Source: Lachnospiraceae bacterium Phil5 | Lineage (GTDB): Bacteria > Bacillota > Clostridia > TANB77 > CAG-508 | NCBI GenBank assembly: GCA_002633185.1 | Contig: NWBM01000002.1 | Span: forward strand, 438,832 to 502,831 | Direction: 5' to 3' | DNA: 64,000 nucleotides | Shown: positions 32,917 through 42,541 of the stretch, piece after piece | How the letters are laid out: every line of letters begins with the position of its first letter | Position numbering within the stretch: the first letter of the stretch is position 1 | Made by a program: the position numbers and the translations under genes | Notes under the pieces: model-generated | Databases searched by the model: none | The model's input: the letters and a program-made list of their open reading frames with translations, nothing else | What the model was told of the DNA's origin: nothing

Positions 32917-33210
32917 ATGGATGGTTTATATGAATTTAATATGAAGTCACCTATGGGAAATATGAGGGCTTTAATTAAAATTGTTACAAATGGAAATTCA
33001 TTTAGTGGATATGTTGATGTTATGGGCAAAAGAAATGAATTTAGTAATGGAGTTATAAAAGGAAATAACTTATACCTTTCAGGAAATATAGCTGCTGGAA
33101 TGATGAATATTAAATATAACATAAGTGGATTTGTTCAAGGAAATATTTTAAATTTATCTGCTCAAACAAATATGGGAAACTTTAACTTACAAGGAACCAA
33201 AATACAATAA
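32917..33210 (+). CDS. Hypothetical small protein (orphan, native composition)
   Basis: Strong RBS AAGGAGG; 97 aa, G/N-rich and beta-like. A terminator follows. Confidence 0.5.
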   Translation: MDGLYEFNMKSPMGNMRALIKIVTNGNSFSGYVDVMGKRNEFSNGVIKGNNLYLSGNIAAGMMNIKYNISGFVQGNILNLSAQTNMGNFNLQGTKIQ

Positions 33211-33212
33211 AA

Positions 33213-33268
33213 ATAAAACGTGCTATAGCTCTCTATGCAAATTGCATTGTTATAACACGTTTTTATTT
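33213..33268 (+). terminator. Rho-independent terminator
   Basis: Nested hairpin AAAACGTG...CACGTTTT followed by a T-run. Confidence 0.5.
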
Positions 33269-33274
33269 TATATC

Positions 33275-34012
33275 TTAATAATTTCTCCAAGGATTAGCTT
33301 CATTTGGGTCTGTTGGATCCCAGCATCTCATATTTGTATCTGCTTCTGAAATTTTTACTGCTTCTGGTTTTCCAAAAGGTCCTGGATCTGAATCTGCATA
33401 AAATTCAACTTGAGTACCTGCTGGGCAATTATCATAAATCCACTTAGAATCTTCTACTGTTAATCTTACACATCCTGCTGATGCAGAAGTTCCAAGTTTG
33501 TCATACTCCCAATATTCCAGTTGGCTTGGTGATTTAGATGTATATGGAACTGAATGGAATAATATTTGTCCATTAATTCTTGAATAATATTGCGCCCATA
33601 CTCTTCCAACCATCATTCCCCATTTTCCTCTATCAGACATTCTATATACGCCTGATGTTGGAGTTGATTTTCCTGTTGAACATATCATTGCTTTATATGG
33701 TCTTGTATATTCTCCATTTTCGTCTTTTATATATATATTTACAACATTTTGTAAATAATTTACTTTTATATAAAAACCATCAATTTGACTTATATCTATT
33801 TCTTCTATTTGCTGTGTTTCTTCTATTTCAATTTGTTCGTTAATTTCATTATTATTTTCTTCTGTTTGTTCTGTTTGAATTTCTTCTACATTAATTGTAT
33901 TAGCAATAACTTCTGGCTTATTTTTTGCCACAGAAACCAATATTATTAGTTCAATTAGTAAAATAGCAGATATTACAAATATTATGGTATCTAAATATCT
34001 CTTCTTGCTCAT
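33275..34012 (-). CDS. L,D-transpeptidase (YkuD domain) with N-terminal membrane anchor
   Basis: HSVPY...SAGCVRL catalytic His / Cys motif. Confidence 0.8.
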   Translation of the reverse strand: MSKKRYLDTIIFVISAILLIELIILVSVAKNKPEVIANTINVEEIQTEQTEENNNEINEQIEIEETQQIEEIDISQIDGFYIKVNYLQNVVNIYIKDENGEYTRPYKAMICSTGKSTPTSGVYRMSDRGKWGMMVGRVWAQYYSRINGQILFHSVPYTSKSPSQLEYWEYDKLGTSASAGCVRLTVEDSKWIYDNCPAGTQVEFYADSDPGPFGKPEAVKISEADTNMRCWDPTDPNEANPWRNY

Positions 34013-34073
34013 TTGTTTCTCCTAAATTTAATAAACTTTATATAATGATACCATACTTTTAGCAAATAATCAA

Positions 34074-34826
34074 TTATAAATTTACATCAATTCCAACTGG
34101 ACAGTGATCACTTCCCATTATATCATCATAAATAGTTGCATTTGCAACTTTGTCAATGATGTCTTCTGAAACAACAAAATAGTCAATTCTCCATCCAATA
34201 TTCTTTTCTCTAGCATGGCCCATAAAACTCCACCATGAATATTGTTCTTTATCTGGATTAAAATATCTGAAAGTATCTATAAAACCACTATTTAAAAGTT
34301 CTGTAAATTTTGCTCTTTCCTCATTAGTAAATCCTGCATTTCCCACATTTGTTTTTGCATTTTTCAAATCTATTTCTTCATGTGCAACATTTAAATCTCC
34401 ACACATAACCACAGGCTTACACTTTTCTAGATTCTTCAAATACTTTCTAAAATCATCTTCCCACTTCATTCTATATTCTAAACGAGATAAATCCCTCTTT
34501 ACATTAGGTACATATACAGTTACAACATAACAATTTTCAAACTCCATTGTTATAACTCTTCCCTCATGGTCATGCTCATCAATTCCAATCCCATAAGTTA
34601 CATTTATAGGCTTAATTCTCGTATAAACCAACGTTCCTGAATAACCTTTTCTTTCAGCTGGATTTAAATATTTATAATATCCATCTGGATGATAATCAAA
34701 TTGGTCCTCCGTAGCTTTTGACTCCTGAATACAAAAAATATCTGCATCAATCTCTTTAAAGAAATCATCAAACCCTTTTTTCAAACATGCTCTAAATCCT
34801 GCTACATTCCATGAAATAATTTTCAT
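34074..34826 (-). CDS. Exodeoxyribonuclease III (Xth/ExoA)
   Basis: MKIISWNVAG...; the EEP-family endonuclease motifs are present throughout. Confidence 0.9.
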   Translation of the reverse strand: MKIISWNVAGFRACLKKGFDDFFKEIDADIFCIQESKATEDQFDYHPDGYYKYLNPAERKGYSGTLVYTRIKPINVTYGIGIDEHDHEGRVITMEFENCYVVTVYVPNVKRDLSRLEYRMKWEDDFRKYLKNLEKCKPVVMCGDLNVAHEEIDLKNAKTNVGNAGFTNEERAKFTELLNSGFIDTFRYFNPDKEQYSWWSFMGHAREKNIGWRIDYFVVSEDIIDKVANATIYDDIMGSDHCPVGIDVNL

Positions 34827-34857
34827 ATGTTTCTTCTCCTTTTTCCAATTTAAACAG

Positions 34858-34912
34858 TTAGGGACGGGGTAAAATCGGACATTTTGTCCACTTTTGTCCC
34901 CGTCCCCTATTG
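34858..34912. other. GC-rich nested hairpin (AGGGACGGGG / CCCCGTCCCT) without flanking U-run
   Basis: A 10-bp GC stem encloses a second small hairpin GGACATTTTGTCC. It is conspicuous in AT-rich DNA between nrdG and xth. Confidence 0.4.
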
Positions 34913-34927
34913 TCCTTAATTGTATAT

Positions 34928-35428
34928 TTAATCTTCAAATAATACAACTTTATCTTCTTTCAATGATTTTTGTACATCAATTACTCTTTGATTAGAAGAG
35001 CCTCTCCATTTTAATCTGAAGTCATGTAATTCATCTTTATATTGTCCATCTACTATAACGTCTACGTATTTTGCTACTTCCTTGTCTTTTAAATATTCAT
35101 CAAATTTAAATCCCGACCATACCCATACTGTTTTTTCTGGGTATTTTTCTTTAAATGCCTTAGCTAGTTTAGTTGTTCCTTCTATATTGTTTGGATGCAT
35201 TGGCTCTCCACCTAAAATTGATAAACCTTTAATTTGAGGTTGTGCACAAATATCTAATACTTCTTTTATTGTATCATCTGTGAATTCTTTTCCTCCATTG
35301 AAATCCCATGTTTCTGGATTAAAACAGTTTTTACAATGAAATTCACATCCTTGCATAAATATTGATGCTCTTACACCTGGTCCATCTGAAATATCCATTT
35401 TTCTAATCAAATTATATCTCATTTGCAA
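34928..35428 (-). CDS. nrdG: Anaerobic ribonucleoside-triphosphate reductase activating protein
   Basis: Radical-SAM CxxxCxxC (MQGCEFHCKNC). Confidence 0.9.
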   Translation of the reverse strand: MQMRYNLIRKMDISDGPGVRASIFMQGCEFHCKNCFNPETWDFNGGKEFTDDTIKEVLDICAQPQIKGLSILGGEPMHPNNIEGTTKLAKAFKEKYPEKTVWVWSGFKFDEYLKDKEVAKYVDVIVDGQYKDELHDFRLKWRGSSNQRVIDVQKSLKEDKVVLFED

Positions 35429-37617
35429 TTCGCCACCTTGTTATCTATATGTAAAACTCTTTCTTTTATCTCTTGTGTTCTTCCTTTGTTCCAGAAGTTT
35501 GTTCCAATGTATCCGCAAGTTCTTCTTGCAACATTTAATGTATCATGATTTCTGTTTCCACATTCTGGACAATACCATTCTAGGTTATCATCTAGTAAAA
35601 TTTCCCCTGAATATCCACATTCTTGGCAATAATCTGATTTAGTATTTAATTCAGCATACATGATGTTATCATAAATGAATTTAATAACTTCAATTACTGC
35701 TTCAATATTATTTTGTAGATTTGGTGTTTCTACATATGAAATAGCTCCACCTGGGCTTAATTTTTGGAATTCACTTTCTAAAGCTAATTTAGAAAATGCA
35801 TCAATTTCTTCAAATACAGGAACATGATATGAATTTGTAATATATAATCTATCTGTAATTCCTTTAATGCTTCCAAATCTTTCTCGTAAACATTTTGCAA
35901 ATTTGTATGTTACAGACTCAATTGGTGTTCCATATACTGAATAATCAATATCTTCTTCTGATTTCCATTTTTTAGCAGCATCATTTAAGTATTGCATAAT
36001 CTTAAGTCCTAATTCTTTTCCTTCACCATTATCTGTATGTGAATGCCCTGTCATATATTTAACACATTCATATAAACCAGCATATCCAAGTGAAATTGTA
36101 GAATATCCATGATGTAACAATTCATGTAATGATTCACCTTTGTCTAATCTAGCTAATGCTCCATGTTGCCATAAAATAGGTGCAACATCACTTGTTACAT
36201 TACTTAATCTCTTATGTCTTAATTGTAATGCTTTATGGCATAATTCTAGTCTTTCGTCCATTATTTTCCAGAACTTTTCAATATCACCTTTTGAAGATAA
36301 AGCAACATCTGGTAAGTTAAGTGTTACAACACCTTGGTTAAATCTACCATAATATTTTCCTTTTCCTTCAACATAGTTTTTAGCTTTAGCAATGTTTCCT
36401 ATACTCATTGTTCTGTCTGGTGTTAAGAATGATCTACATCCCATACATGGGTAACATTCTCCATCACCTTTTTCATTTTTCTTTAGTTCTTTCATAACTT
36501 TTTCTGATATGTAGTCTGGAACCATTCTCTTTGCTGTACATTTTGCAGCAAGTTCTGTTAAATACCAATATTTGCTGTTTTCATGAATATTGTCTTCCTC
36601 AAGAACATATAAAAGTTTTGGGAAAGCTGGTGTAATATAAACACCTTTTTCATTTTTGAAACCTAAAATTCTTTGTTTTAGGAATTCTTCTATAATCATA
36701 GCTAATTCATCTTTATATTCTTCTGTTTCTCCCAAGTACATACATACTGATAAAAATGGTGATTGTCCATTTGTATTTGTCATTGAATTTACTTGATAAT
36801 TAAATGTTTGCACACCATCTTCAACTTCTTTTCTTGTATCTTGCTCTGCTAATTTCTTGCACATATCTTCTTTTAAATTAGATTCTTTATATTTTTTGTA
36901 ATATTTATCATAACTTGCTTTTACAAATGGAGCTAAGTGTGAAAGTGAAACTGTTGCTCCACCATAGCTTGATGATGTTACAGCAAGAATTATTTGTGTT
37001 GCAATTGTTGCAGCAGTAATAAATCTATGTGGTTTTTCAATCATAACACCATTTATTACTGTACCATTTTGAAGCATATCATCTAGGTTTATTAATTCAC
37101 AGTTATGTAATGCATTTTGTGCAAAATAATCTGCATCATGGAAATGGATAATTCCTTCATCATGTGCTTTAACAATGTCTTCAGGTAATAAAAATCTTCT
37201 TGTAATATCTGTACTTGTTATACCTGCCAAATAATCTCTTTGTGTTGTTACAACTGTTGCATTTTTGTTTGAATTTTCATTATTCCAATATTCATTTTCA
37301 CCTTCAATTAATTCTTTAATTGATTGGTCTGTTGTATTTGCTTTTCTTACCAATTCTCTTGTATATCTATATGTAATATAGGTTTTAGCTAATTGGTATT
37401 TGTCAAATTCCATTAATTTTTGTTCAATGATATCTTGAATATCTTCAACCAAAATTCTTTTTTTATTTAAATCTTCTATATATTTTATTATTTCTTCAAT
37501 TTCATCTTTTGTTACTTTTTCTTTTCCTCTAACCTCTGAATTAGCTTTACCTATTGCTACTCTAATCTTTTCTGGGTCGTAATCAACTATGTGTCCGTCT
37601 CTTTTAATAATCTTCAT
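35419..37617 (-). CDS. nrdD: Anaerobic ribonucleoside-triphosphate reductase
   Basis: 732 aa; an N-terminal ATP-cone, a glycyl-radical C-terminus (RTCGYIG), and a zinc ribbon CxxC..CxxC. Confidence 0.95.
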   Translation of the reverse strand: MKIIKRDGHIVDYDPEKIRVAIGKANSEVRGKEKVTKDEIEEIIKYIEDLNKKRILVEDIQDIIEQKLMEFDKYQLAKTYITYRYTRELVRKANTTDQSIKELIEGENEYWNNENSNKNATVVTTQRDYLAGITSTDITRRFLLPEDIVKAHDEGIIHFHDADYFAQNALHNCELINLDDMLQNGTVINGVMIEKPHRFITAATIATQIILAVTSSSYGGATVSLSHLAPFVKASYDKYYKKYKESNLKEDMCKKLAEQDTRKEVEDGVQTFNYQVNSMTNTNGQSPFLSVCMYLGETEEYKDELAMIIEEFLKQRILGFKNEKGVYITPAFPKLLYVLEEDNIHENSKYWYLTELAAKCTAKRMVPDYISEKVMKELKKNEKGDGECYPCMGCRSFLTPDRTMSIGNIAKAKNYVEGKGKYYGRFNQGVVTLNLPDVALSSKGDIEKFWKIMDERLELCHKALQLRHKRLSNVTSDVAPILWQHGALARLDKGESLHELLHHGYSTISLGYAGLYECVKYMTGHSHTDNGEGKELGLKIMQYLNDAAKKWKSEEDIDYSVYGTPIESVTYKFAKCLRERFGSIKGITDRLYITNSYHVPVFEEIDAFSKLALESEFQKLSPGGAISYVETPNLQNNIEAVIEVIKFIYDNIMYAELNTKSDYCQECGYSGEILLDDNLEWYCPECGNRNHDTLNVARRTCGYIGTNFWNKGRTQEIKERVLHIDNKVANCK

Positions 37618-37730
37618 TTCTTTTGTTCCTCCTTCTATTTGTTTCCTAAATTCTATAAATAATTATATTAATATACAAGTTGCACTTGCACCTTTTCAAA
37701 AATTTTGTTAAAATGTTTTTGGTGATGATT

Positions 37731-38363
37731 ATGAATGGCCCATTTGATGAGCTTTCTAAGGCTCAAATAACTTTATTATACGATTTATTAGAGGTTCATG
37801 TTTACAAATATAGTAAGAATCAAGAGATTCTGCCTACAATAAAAAATGAAAATATTGTTGGCATTATTTTGAATGGAAAAGCACAAATTATTTATATAGA
37901 ATATAATGGAAATGAAATTGTAGTTGAAGACCTTGTTAAAGATAGTGTTTTTGGTAGTAATATTTCTTCAACTGATGATGATAATTGTGAAATAATAGCT
38001 AAAGAAGATACTGAAGTATTAGTTATAGATTATAATAAGCTTATGAATCCTAAAAACTTAGGTCACCCTTATTTTGATATATTTTTTAGGAACATGTTTG
38101 AAATAATTACAACAAAGCTAAGACAAAGAAATGATAGAATTAGAATATTAGAAAAGAAACAAATTAGAGATAAGCTTTTGGAATATTTTGAAATAGAATT
38201 TAAAAAAACATTCTCTAGAAATATTTATTTACCTTTTCATTTTAAAGATTTAGCTGATTACATTGCAGTTAATAGATCTGCTATGTTTAGAGAGCTTAAA
38301 GCTTTAAAAGAAGAAAAATTTATTGATGTTCAAGATAGGAAAATTACTCTTTTGTATAAGTAA
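37731..38363 (+). CDS. Crp/Fnr-family transcriptional regulator
   Basis: An N-terminal cNMP-binding-like beta-roll and a C-terminal HTH (RSAMFRELKALKEE). The exact start is uncertain; candidates are 37680, 37725 and 37731. Confidence 0.65.
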   Translation: MNGPFDELSKAQITLLYDLLEVHVYKYSKNQEILPTIKNENIVGIILNGKAQIIYIEYNGNEIVVEDLVKDSVFGSNISSTDDDNCEIIAKEDTEVLVIDYNKLMNPKNLGHPYFDIFFRNMFEIITTKLRQRNDRIRILEKKQIRDKLLEYFEIEFKKTFSRNIYLPFHFKDLADYIAVNRSAMFRELKALKEEKFIDVQDRKITLLYK

Positions 38364-38383
38364 TTCTTTTAAAAAAGAAAAAT

Positions 38384-38406
38384 CCCTAACTCAATTTAAG
38401 TTAGGG
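38384..38406. other. Hairpin CCCTAACT..AGTTAGGG (possible terminator remnant)
   Basis: Perfect 7-8 bp stem downstream of the crp-like stop. There is an A-run before but no T-run after on plus. Confidence 0.3.
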
Positions 38407-38791
38407 TAAAGCAAATAATTTAAAATCAAACCAGTTCAATACGAACAAAAGAAAGGAGAACATTGCACTCCTTATAAGGAGTACACTAAAATTTTTGATT
38501 AACTCAATAATTTTGGTGTATTTCTTATATTGGTTTGATTTGCTTTTATAATGTTAGTCTTTTACTATATTAACACATTTTAGTAAAAAAGTCAAGCCAT
38601 TATTTGTTTTTATGTATACTTCTTTTGTTTTTTACTTATTGAATTTTTCATAAATATATGATATACTTCATCTAGCCGTTCAAGTAACGTTTTATATATT
38701 TTTCCTTTTTTGTTCCTGCTAAAGCAGTTTATATATTTTACACTCTCAATGTAAGCAGATGCAATCCAAGACATTTAGAAAGGAGAACATT

Positions 38792-39103
38792 ATGAAAGAT
38801 TTTGTTATGAATAATCAAATTCTATGCAAAACCAATTCTACAGAACACGGAGTTGAGTTTCTCAAGCGGCTGCCTTTAAGAGATGTTTTTAAGGTGACTG
38901 TTGAAAAAGAACGGGCTGTCGGTAGTCCAGCAAAAGTAACCTTCTTTTTTTCTAACGGAGATGTTGTTATGATTCTTGGTGCATTCTCTACAGGATATGA
39001 AGGTTCTTGCGTTTTTGGACTTTACGAGGTGTTAATTGAATGCGGTTTTCACGAAGAAGATGCTCGTAGGGTATTTTCTCCTGGCACTCGACTTGTCTTT
39101 TAA
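38792..39103 (+). CDS. Hypothetical protein, compositionally foreign (higher GC), adjacent to tRNA-Tyr 3' end
   Basis: RBS AAAGGAGAA with ATG at 38792; the track ORF starts 38759. The codon set is GC-enriched and includes an in-frame CGG (Arg), which native genes here lack. A GC-rich terminator follows. Confidence 0.5.
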   Translation: MKDFVMNNQILCKTNSTEHGVEFLKRLPLRDVFKVTVEKERAVGSPAKVTFFFSNGDVVMILGAFSTGYEGSCVFGLYEVLIECGFHEEDARRVFSPGTRLVF

Positions 39104-39111
39104 TAGGCAAA

Positions 39112-39150
39112 GCAAAGCTCCCGCTTTTTGCGGGAGCTTTCATTTGTTTT
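39112..39150. terminator. GC-rich rho-independent terminator (AAAGCTCCCGC-TTTTT-GCGGGAGCTTT)
   Basis: A perfect 11-bp stem followed by a T-rich tract. Confidence 0.6.
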
Positions 39151-39194
39151 AACAAAAAAGCTTTATAACATTTACTACGTTACAAAGCTTCTTA

Positions 39195-39280
39195 TGGTGG
39201 GCAGGGATGGATTCGAACCATCGTACTCGTATGAGAACAGATTTACAGTCTGCCGCCTTTAGCCACTCGGCCACCTACCC
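39195..39280 (-). tRNA. tRNA-Tyr (GUA), type II with long variable arm
   Basis: Reverse complement GGGTAGGTGGCCGAGTGGCTAAAGGCGGCAGACTGTAAATCTG...CCCTGCCCACCA; anticodon loop CTGTAAA, 86 nt. Confidence 0.9.
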
Positions 39281-39295
39281 AAAAATATTTAATTG

Positions 39296-39364
39296 TTAAG
39301 AGTGGATAGTGAAAAACATATTCAGTAAATATTTAATTGTATATTCTTCACTATCCACTCTTAA
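39296..39364. repeat. Perfect 18-bp inverted repeat hairpin abutting tRNA-Ile2 3' end
   Basis: TTAAGAGTGGATAGTGAA ... TTCACTATCCACTCTTAA with a 33-nt spacer containing a duplicated AATATTTAATTGT. It lies between two co-oriented tRNA genes. Confidence 0.6.
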
Positions 39365-39441
39365 TTGGTGCGCCCTCTAGGATTCGAACCTAGGACCAAC
39401 CGGTTATGAGCCGGTTGCTCTGACCAACTGAGCTAAGGGCG
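39365..39441 (-). tRNA. tRNA with CAU anticodon, tRNA-Ile2 (lysidine) type
   Basis: Reverse complement GCGCCCTTAGCTCAGTTGGTCAGAGCAACCGGCTCATAACCGGTTGGTCCTAGGTTCGAATCCTAGAGGGCGCACCA. The anticodon arm and body closely match Bacillus tRNA-Ile2(CAU) rather than initiator or elongator Met. Confidence 0.7.
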
Positions 39442-39596
39442 CGTGTTTGTATCAACAATAACTAGTATATACTACCAAGACAGTGTTGTCAAGATTTTTT
39501 TAAATTTTTTTACTAATTTTTATAAAAAATTACAGGTAGTCTTTTTGCAATTGTCTTATTTAGTAATAATCTTTATAGACTACCTGAATTTATCTT

Positions 39597-40451
39597 TTAA
39601 TTATGTTGTCCTTCTGGTTTACCCTCTGGTAATGCAGGTGGTAATTCCAATACAACCTTTATTTTCATAACATATCTTATAGATCTTATAAGCTTCATGT
39701 TTTTTATTCTTTCCCATAATGTTGGTTTAACATCTATTCTAGTATCTTTAATATATTGGTCATTTGTAACCGAAGCATCTTCAAAGTTTTGTTGTTCTTC
39801 TATTATTTCATCTTCAATATTAACTTCTTCTGGAGCTGGTATTTCTTTTAATGCATCAGCTATTTCAATTCCTATATAACTTAAAGCTTTTGATCTATCT
39901 TCAATTCTTTCCATATCTATTTCGATATGTAAGTTTGATTCCAAATTAGCTATTTTTGTATTAACTATTTTTAAATCTTCTAAATATGTTGGTGTTTTAT
40001 TACTTTTAGCTCTTCCCATTGAACCTAATGTATCTATTATTTCAGCAGGAAAATCTTTTGATATATCCTGAACTTTCTTCTTCCAATCTGGATCTTTACT
40101 TTCAACTAATTCTAATGTTTCTTTTAATACAACTGATGATGCTATATTCTTCTCTCTTTGACGTATTAAATCTTCTATTAATTTTGTACTTTCTTCAAAT
40201 TGTGAAGTTGCATATTCTACTAATTTATACGCAGCATCATATACATCTTTAGGGAAATTCTCTTTTTCAGGATATTCAATTAAATATGTTTTTATTGATT
40301 CAATCAAATCTTTAAAATAGCTATCTTCTTCAAGCTCAACAATTTGTTTTTTGCTATTAGCATTAATCATTTTTTGAACCTTTTCAATATTAGCTAGTAT
40401 CTTCTCTTCAGTTATTACCATTTTTACGTTTACCATGTCTGTTTTTGACAT
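39597..40451 (-). CDS. Hypothetical acidic coiled-coil-rich protein
   Basis: 284 aa, E/K-rich, with a C-terminal LELPPALPEGKPEG tail. No family recognised. Confidence 0.45.
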   Translation of the reverse strand: MSKTDMVNVKMVITEEKILANIEKVQKMINANSKKQIVELEEDSYFKDLIESIKTYLIEYPEKENFPKDVYDAAYKLVEYATSQFEESTKLIEDLIRQREKNIASSVVLKETLELVESKDPDWKKKVQDISKDFPAEIIDTLGSMGRAKSNKTPTYLEDLKIVNTKIANLESNLHIEIDMERIEDRSKALSYIGIEIADALKEIPAPEEVNIEDEIIEEQQNFEDASVTNDQYIKDTRIDVKPTLWERIKNMKLIRSIRYVMKIKVVLELPPALPEGKPEGQHN

Positions 40452-40582
40452 TGTAAATTTCCCTCCTTTGTCATAAGTATATTCCTAACAATATTATTAT
40501 ACACCATCATTTTGGTTTCTACAATATTATTTATTTTTCTTTTTTGTAACATTTGTATTACAGAAATATTACAAACTTCGTT

Positions 40583-42442
40583 TTATTTTTTTAATTCTAC
40601 ATATCTTTTTATTTTCATAGTAGTTGTTTTTTCAAACTCTTCTTGCTTTATTTCTAGCTTCTTTATTGCTTTATACGAGGTTAATTGTCTATTAATTTCT
40701 TTTATTTTCTCCCATATAATATTGTATATTTGTTCTTCTGTCAATTCTTTTCCATGAATTCTTTGAATTTCTGTATAATTTGGTACTACTCTTGCTGTAA
40801 TAATCAATTCTTTATCATTTTTCTTCTCATCTTCATCTTTTTTACCATATACAATTACTTCTTTTATTTCATCAATATTTTGCAATAAGCTTTCAATTTC
40901 TTCAGGATAAATATTTTTACCATTTTGTGTAACAATTACATTTTTACATCTACCTGTAATAAATAAATATCCATCGCTATCTAAATATCCAACATCTCCT
41001 GAATGGAAATAGCCATCTTCCATTACTTTGTTTGTAGCTTCTTCATCTTCATAATATCCTAACATTAGAGTTTCGCTCTTAATTAATATTTCACCTTCTC
41101 CTTTTTCATTAGGATTATCTATTTTTATATCTGCACATATTACTGGTTTACCAGCTGAACCAACTTTTGGTTTGTATTCTGGTGTTAGGGCAGCTATAGG
41201 TGCTGTTTCTGTTAAACCATATCCTTGTAAGAAACAAATACCTATATCTTCAAACCATTTTCCTATTTTAGGTTCAATTGGAGCAGCAGCAGTAACTATA
41301 ATTCTTAAATTTCCACCTAAATTCTCATAAATTTCAGCAAAAACTTTTCGCTTAATATCTACTCCAACCCCCTTTAATGCATTTGTAATATGCATCATAG
41401 AGTTAACAATACCCTCTTTTTTGCTTTTCTTTATATTATTTATAATTTTCTTATAAATATTCTCAACTAATAATGGAACTGTTAAAATTGCAGTTGGTTT
41501 TGTTTCCTTTAAATCATCTAATATATATTTTAAACCTCTACATATACTTATTGAACAACCATTTGCAAATGGTAGCAAGTATCCTATTGTAGATTCGTAT
41601 GTATGATGCAATGGCAATACAGAAAATAATCTGTCCCATGCTTCAAGTTTAACATATGCAGATACTGCATTAATATTTTGAGCCAAGTTTCTATTACATA
41701 TCATAACACCTTTTGAATTTGATGTTGTTCCTGATGTGAATATTAATACTTTGAATTCATTTGGATCAATTTCTATATCCATATATGAATTATCACCATT
41801 ATTTATTAATATGTTTCCTTGTTTTATTAAATAATCAAATCCTACTGTTTTTCCACTTAATGAATCATCTGAATTCATTTGTATAAAGTATTTAACCTTT
41901 GTTGCTTTTGAATCAATTATTTTCTTTATAACTTCTTTCTTTTTGGTTGAGTAAATAACTGCTGCTGCTTTAGATCTGTTTATAACATTAATTATTTCAT
42001 TTTCTGGTAATTCTTTATCAACTGGAACTGCTATTCCACTTCCGCAAAGTAAAGCCATATACGAAACATACCAATGATATGTATTTTCACCAATTATTAT
42101 TACTGGCTTGTCTTTTATTTTCAAATAATCATTTAAAGCTGTTCCTAAAGATATAACGTCACTTCTAAATTCTTTATATTTTATTTCTGTAAATGGTTCT
42201 TTACTGTTATACTTTTCTAAAATAAATGTATTTTCTGCAAATACTGTTGTAGAGCGTTCAAAAATTTCTTTTACTGTTTTATAATCTGTAATCTCATAAT
42301 TCTTTGATTTTTTACCTACTTTATTTTTTTCTTTTTCTATTGTTTCATAATCGACCTTCATTTCCTCAATGTCAGATAGTCCCTTCATTTTAAATTTAGG
42401 GAACTTAAAATCTGGTATTTTAAAGTCTCTTAATATTCTCAT
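40583..42442 (-). CDS. AMP-dependent synthetase/ligase (long-chain fatty-acid--CoA ligase-like)
   Basis: AMP-binding motifs IFTSGTTSNSKGV, YGLTET and GDVGYLDSDGYLFITGR. Start chosen at MRIL (42442) with a GGAGG RBS. Confidence 0.8.
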   Translation of the reverse strand: MRILRDFKIPDFKFPKFKMKGLSDIEEMKVDYETIEKEKNKVGKKSKNYEITDYKTVKEIFERSTTVFAENTFILEKYNSKEPFTEIKYKEFRSDVISLGTALNDYLKIKDKPVIIIGENTYHWYVSYMALLCGSGIAVPVDKELPENEIINVINRSKAAAVIYSTKKKEVIKKIIDSKATKVKYFIQMNSDDSLSGKTVGFDYLIKQGNILINNGDNSYMDIEIDPNEFKVLIFTSGTTSNSKGVMICNRNLAQNINAVSAYVKLEAWDRLFSVLPLHHTYESTIGYLLPFANGCSISICRGLKYILDDLKETKPTAILTVPLLVENIYKKIINNIKKSKKEGIVNSMMHITNALKGVGVDIKRKVFAEIYENLGGNLRIIVTAAAPIEPKIGKWFEDIGICFLQGYGLTETAPIAALTPEYKPKVGSAGKPVICADIKIDNPNEKGEGEILIKSETLMLGYYEDEEATNKVMEDGYFHSGDVGYLDSDGYLFITGRCKNVIVTQNGKNIYPEEIESLLQNIDEIKEVIVYGKKDEDEKKNDKELIITARVVPNYTEIQRIHGKELTEEQIYNIIWEKIKEINRQLTSYKAIKKLEIKQEEFEKTTTMKIKRYVELKK

Positions 42443-42541
42443 GTTTAATCCTCCGTTTTTTTCATAAAATATTTTCACAAAGTTTATTATACACTTTTTT
42501 ACAAAAATATTCAATGTTTATGTGTTTGTTTAATAATATAT

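Noticed and set aside
37618-37730. NrdR box upstream of nrdD
   Set aside because: No ACACWATATWTWGTGT-like repeats are seen. There is only a short CAAGTTGCACTTGCACC direct repeat of unclear meaning.
39365-39441. Calling the CAU-anticodon tRNA an initiator tRNA-fMet
   Set aside because: It lacks the C1:A72 mismatch and the three G:C pairs at the anticodon-stem base. Its anticodon arm (ACCGGCTCATAACCGGT) and body match the tRNA-Ile2 (lysidine) type much better.
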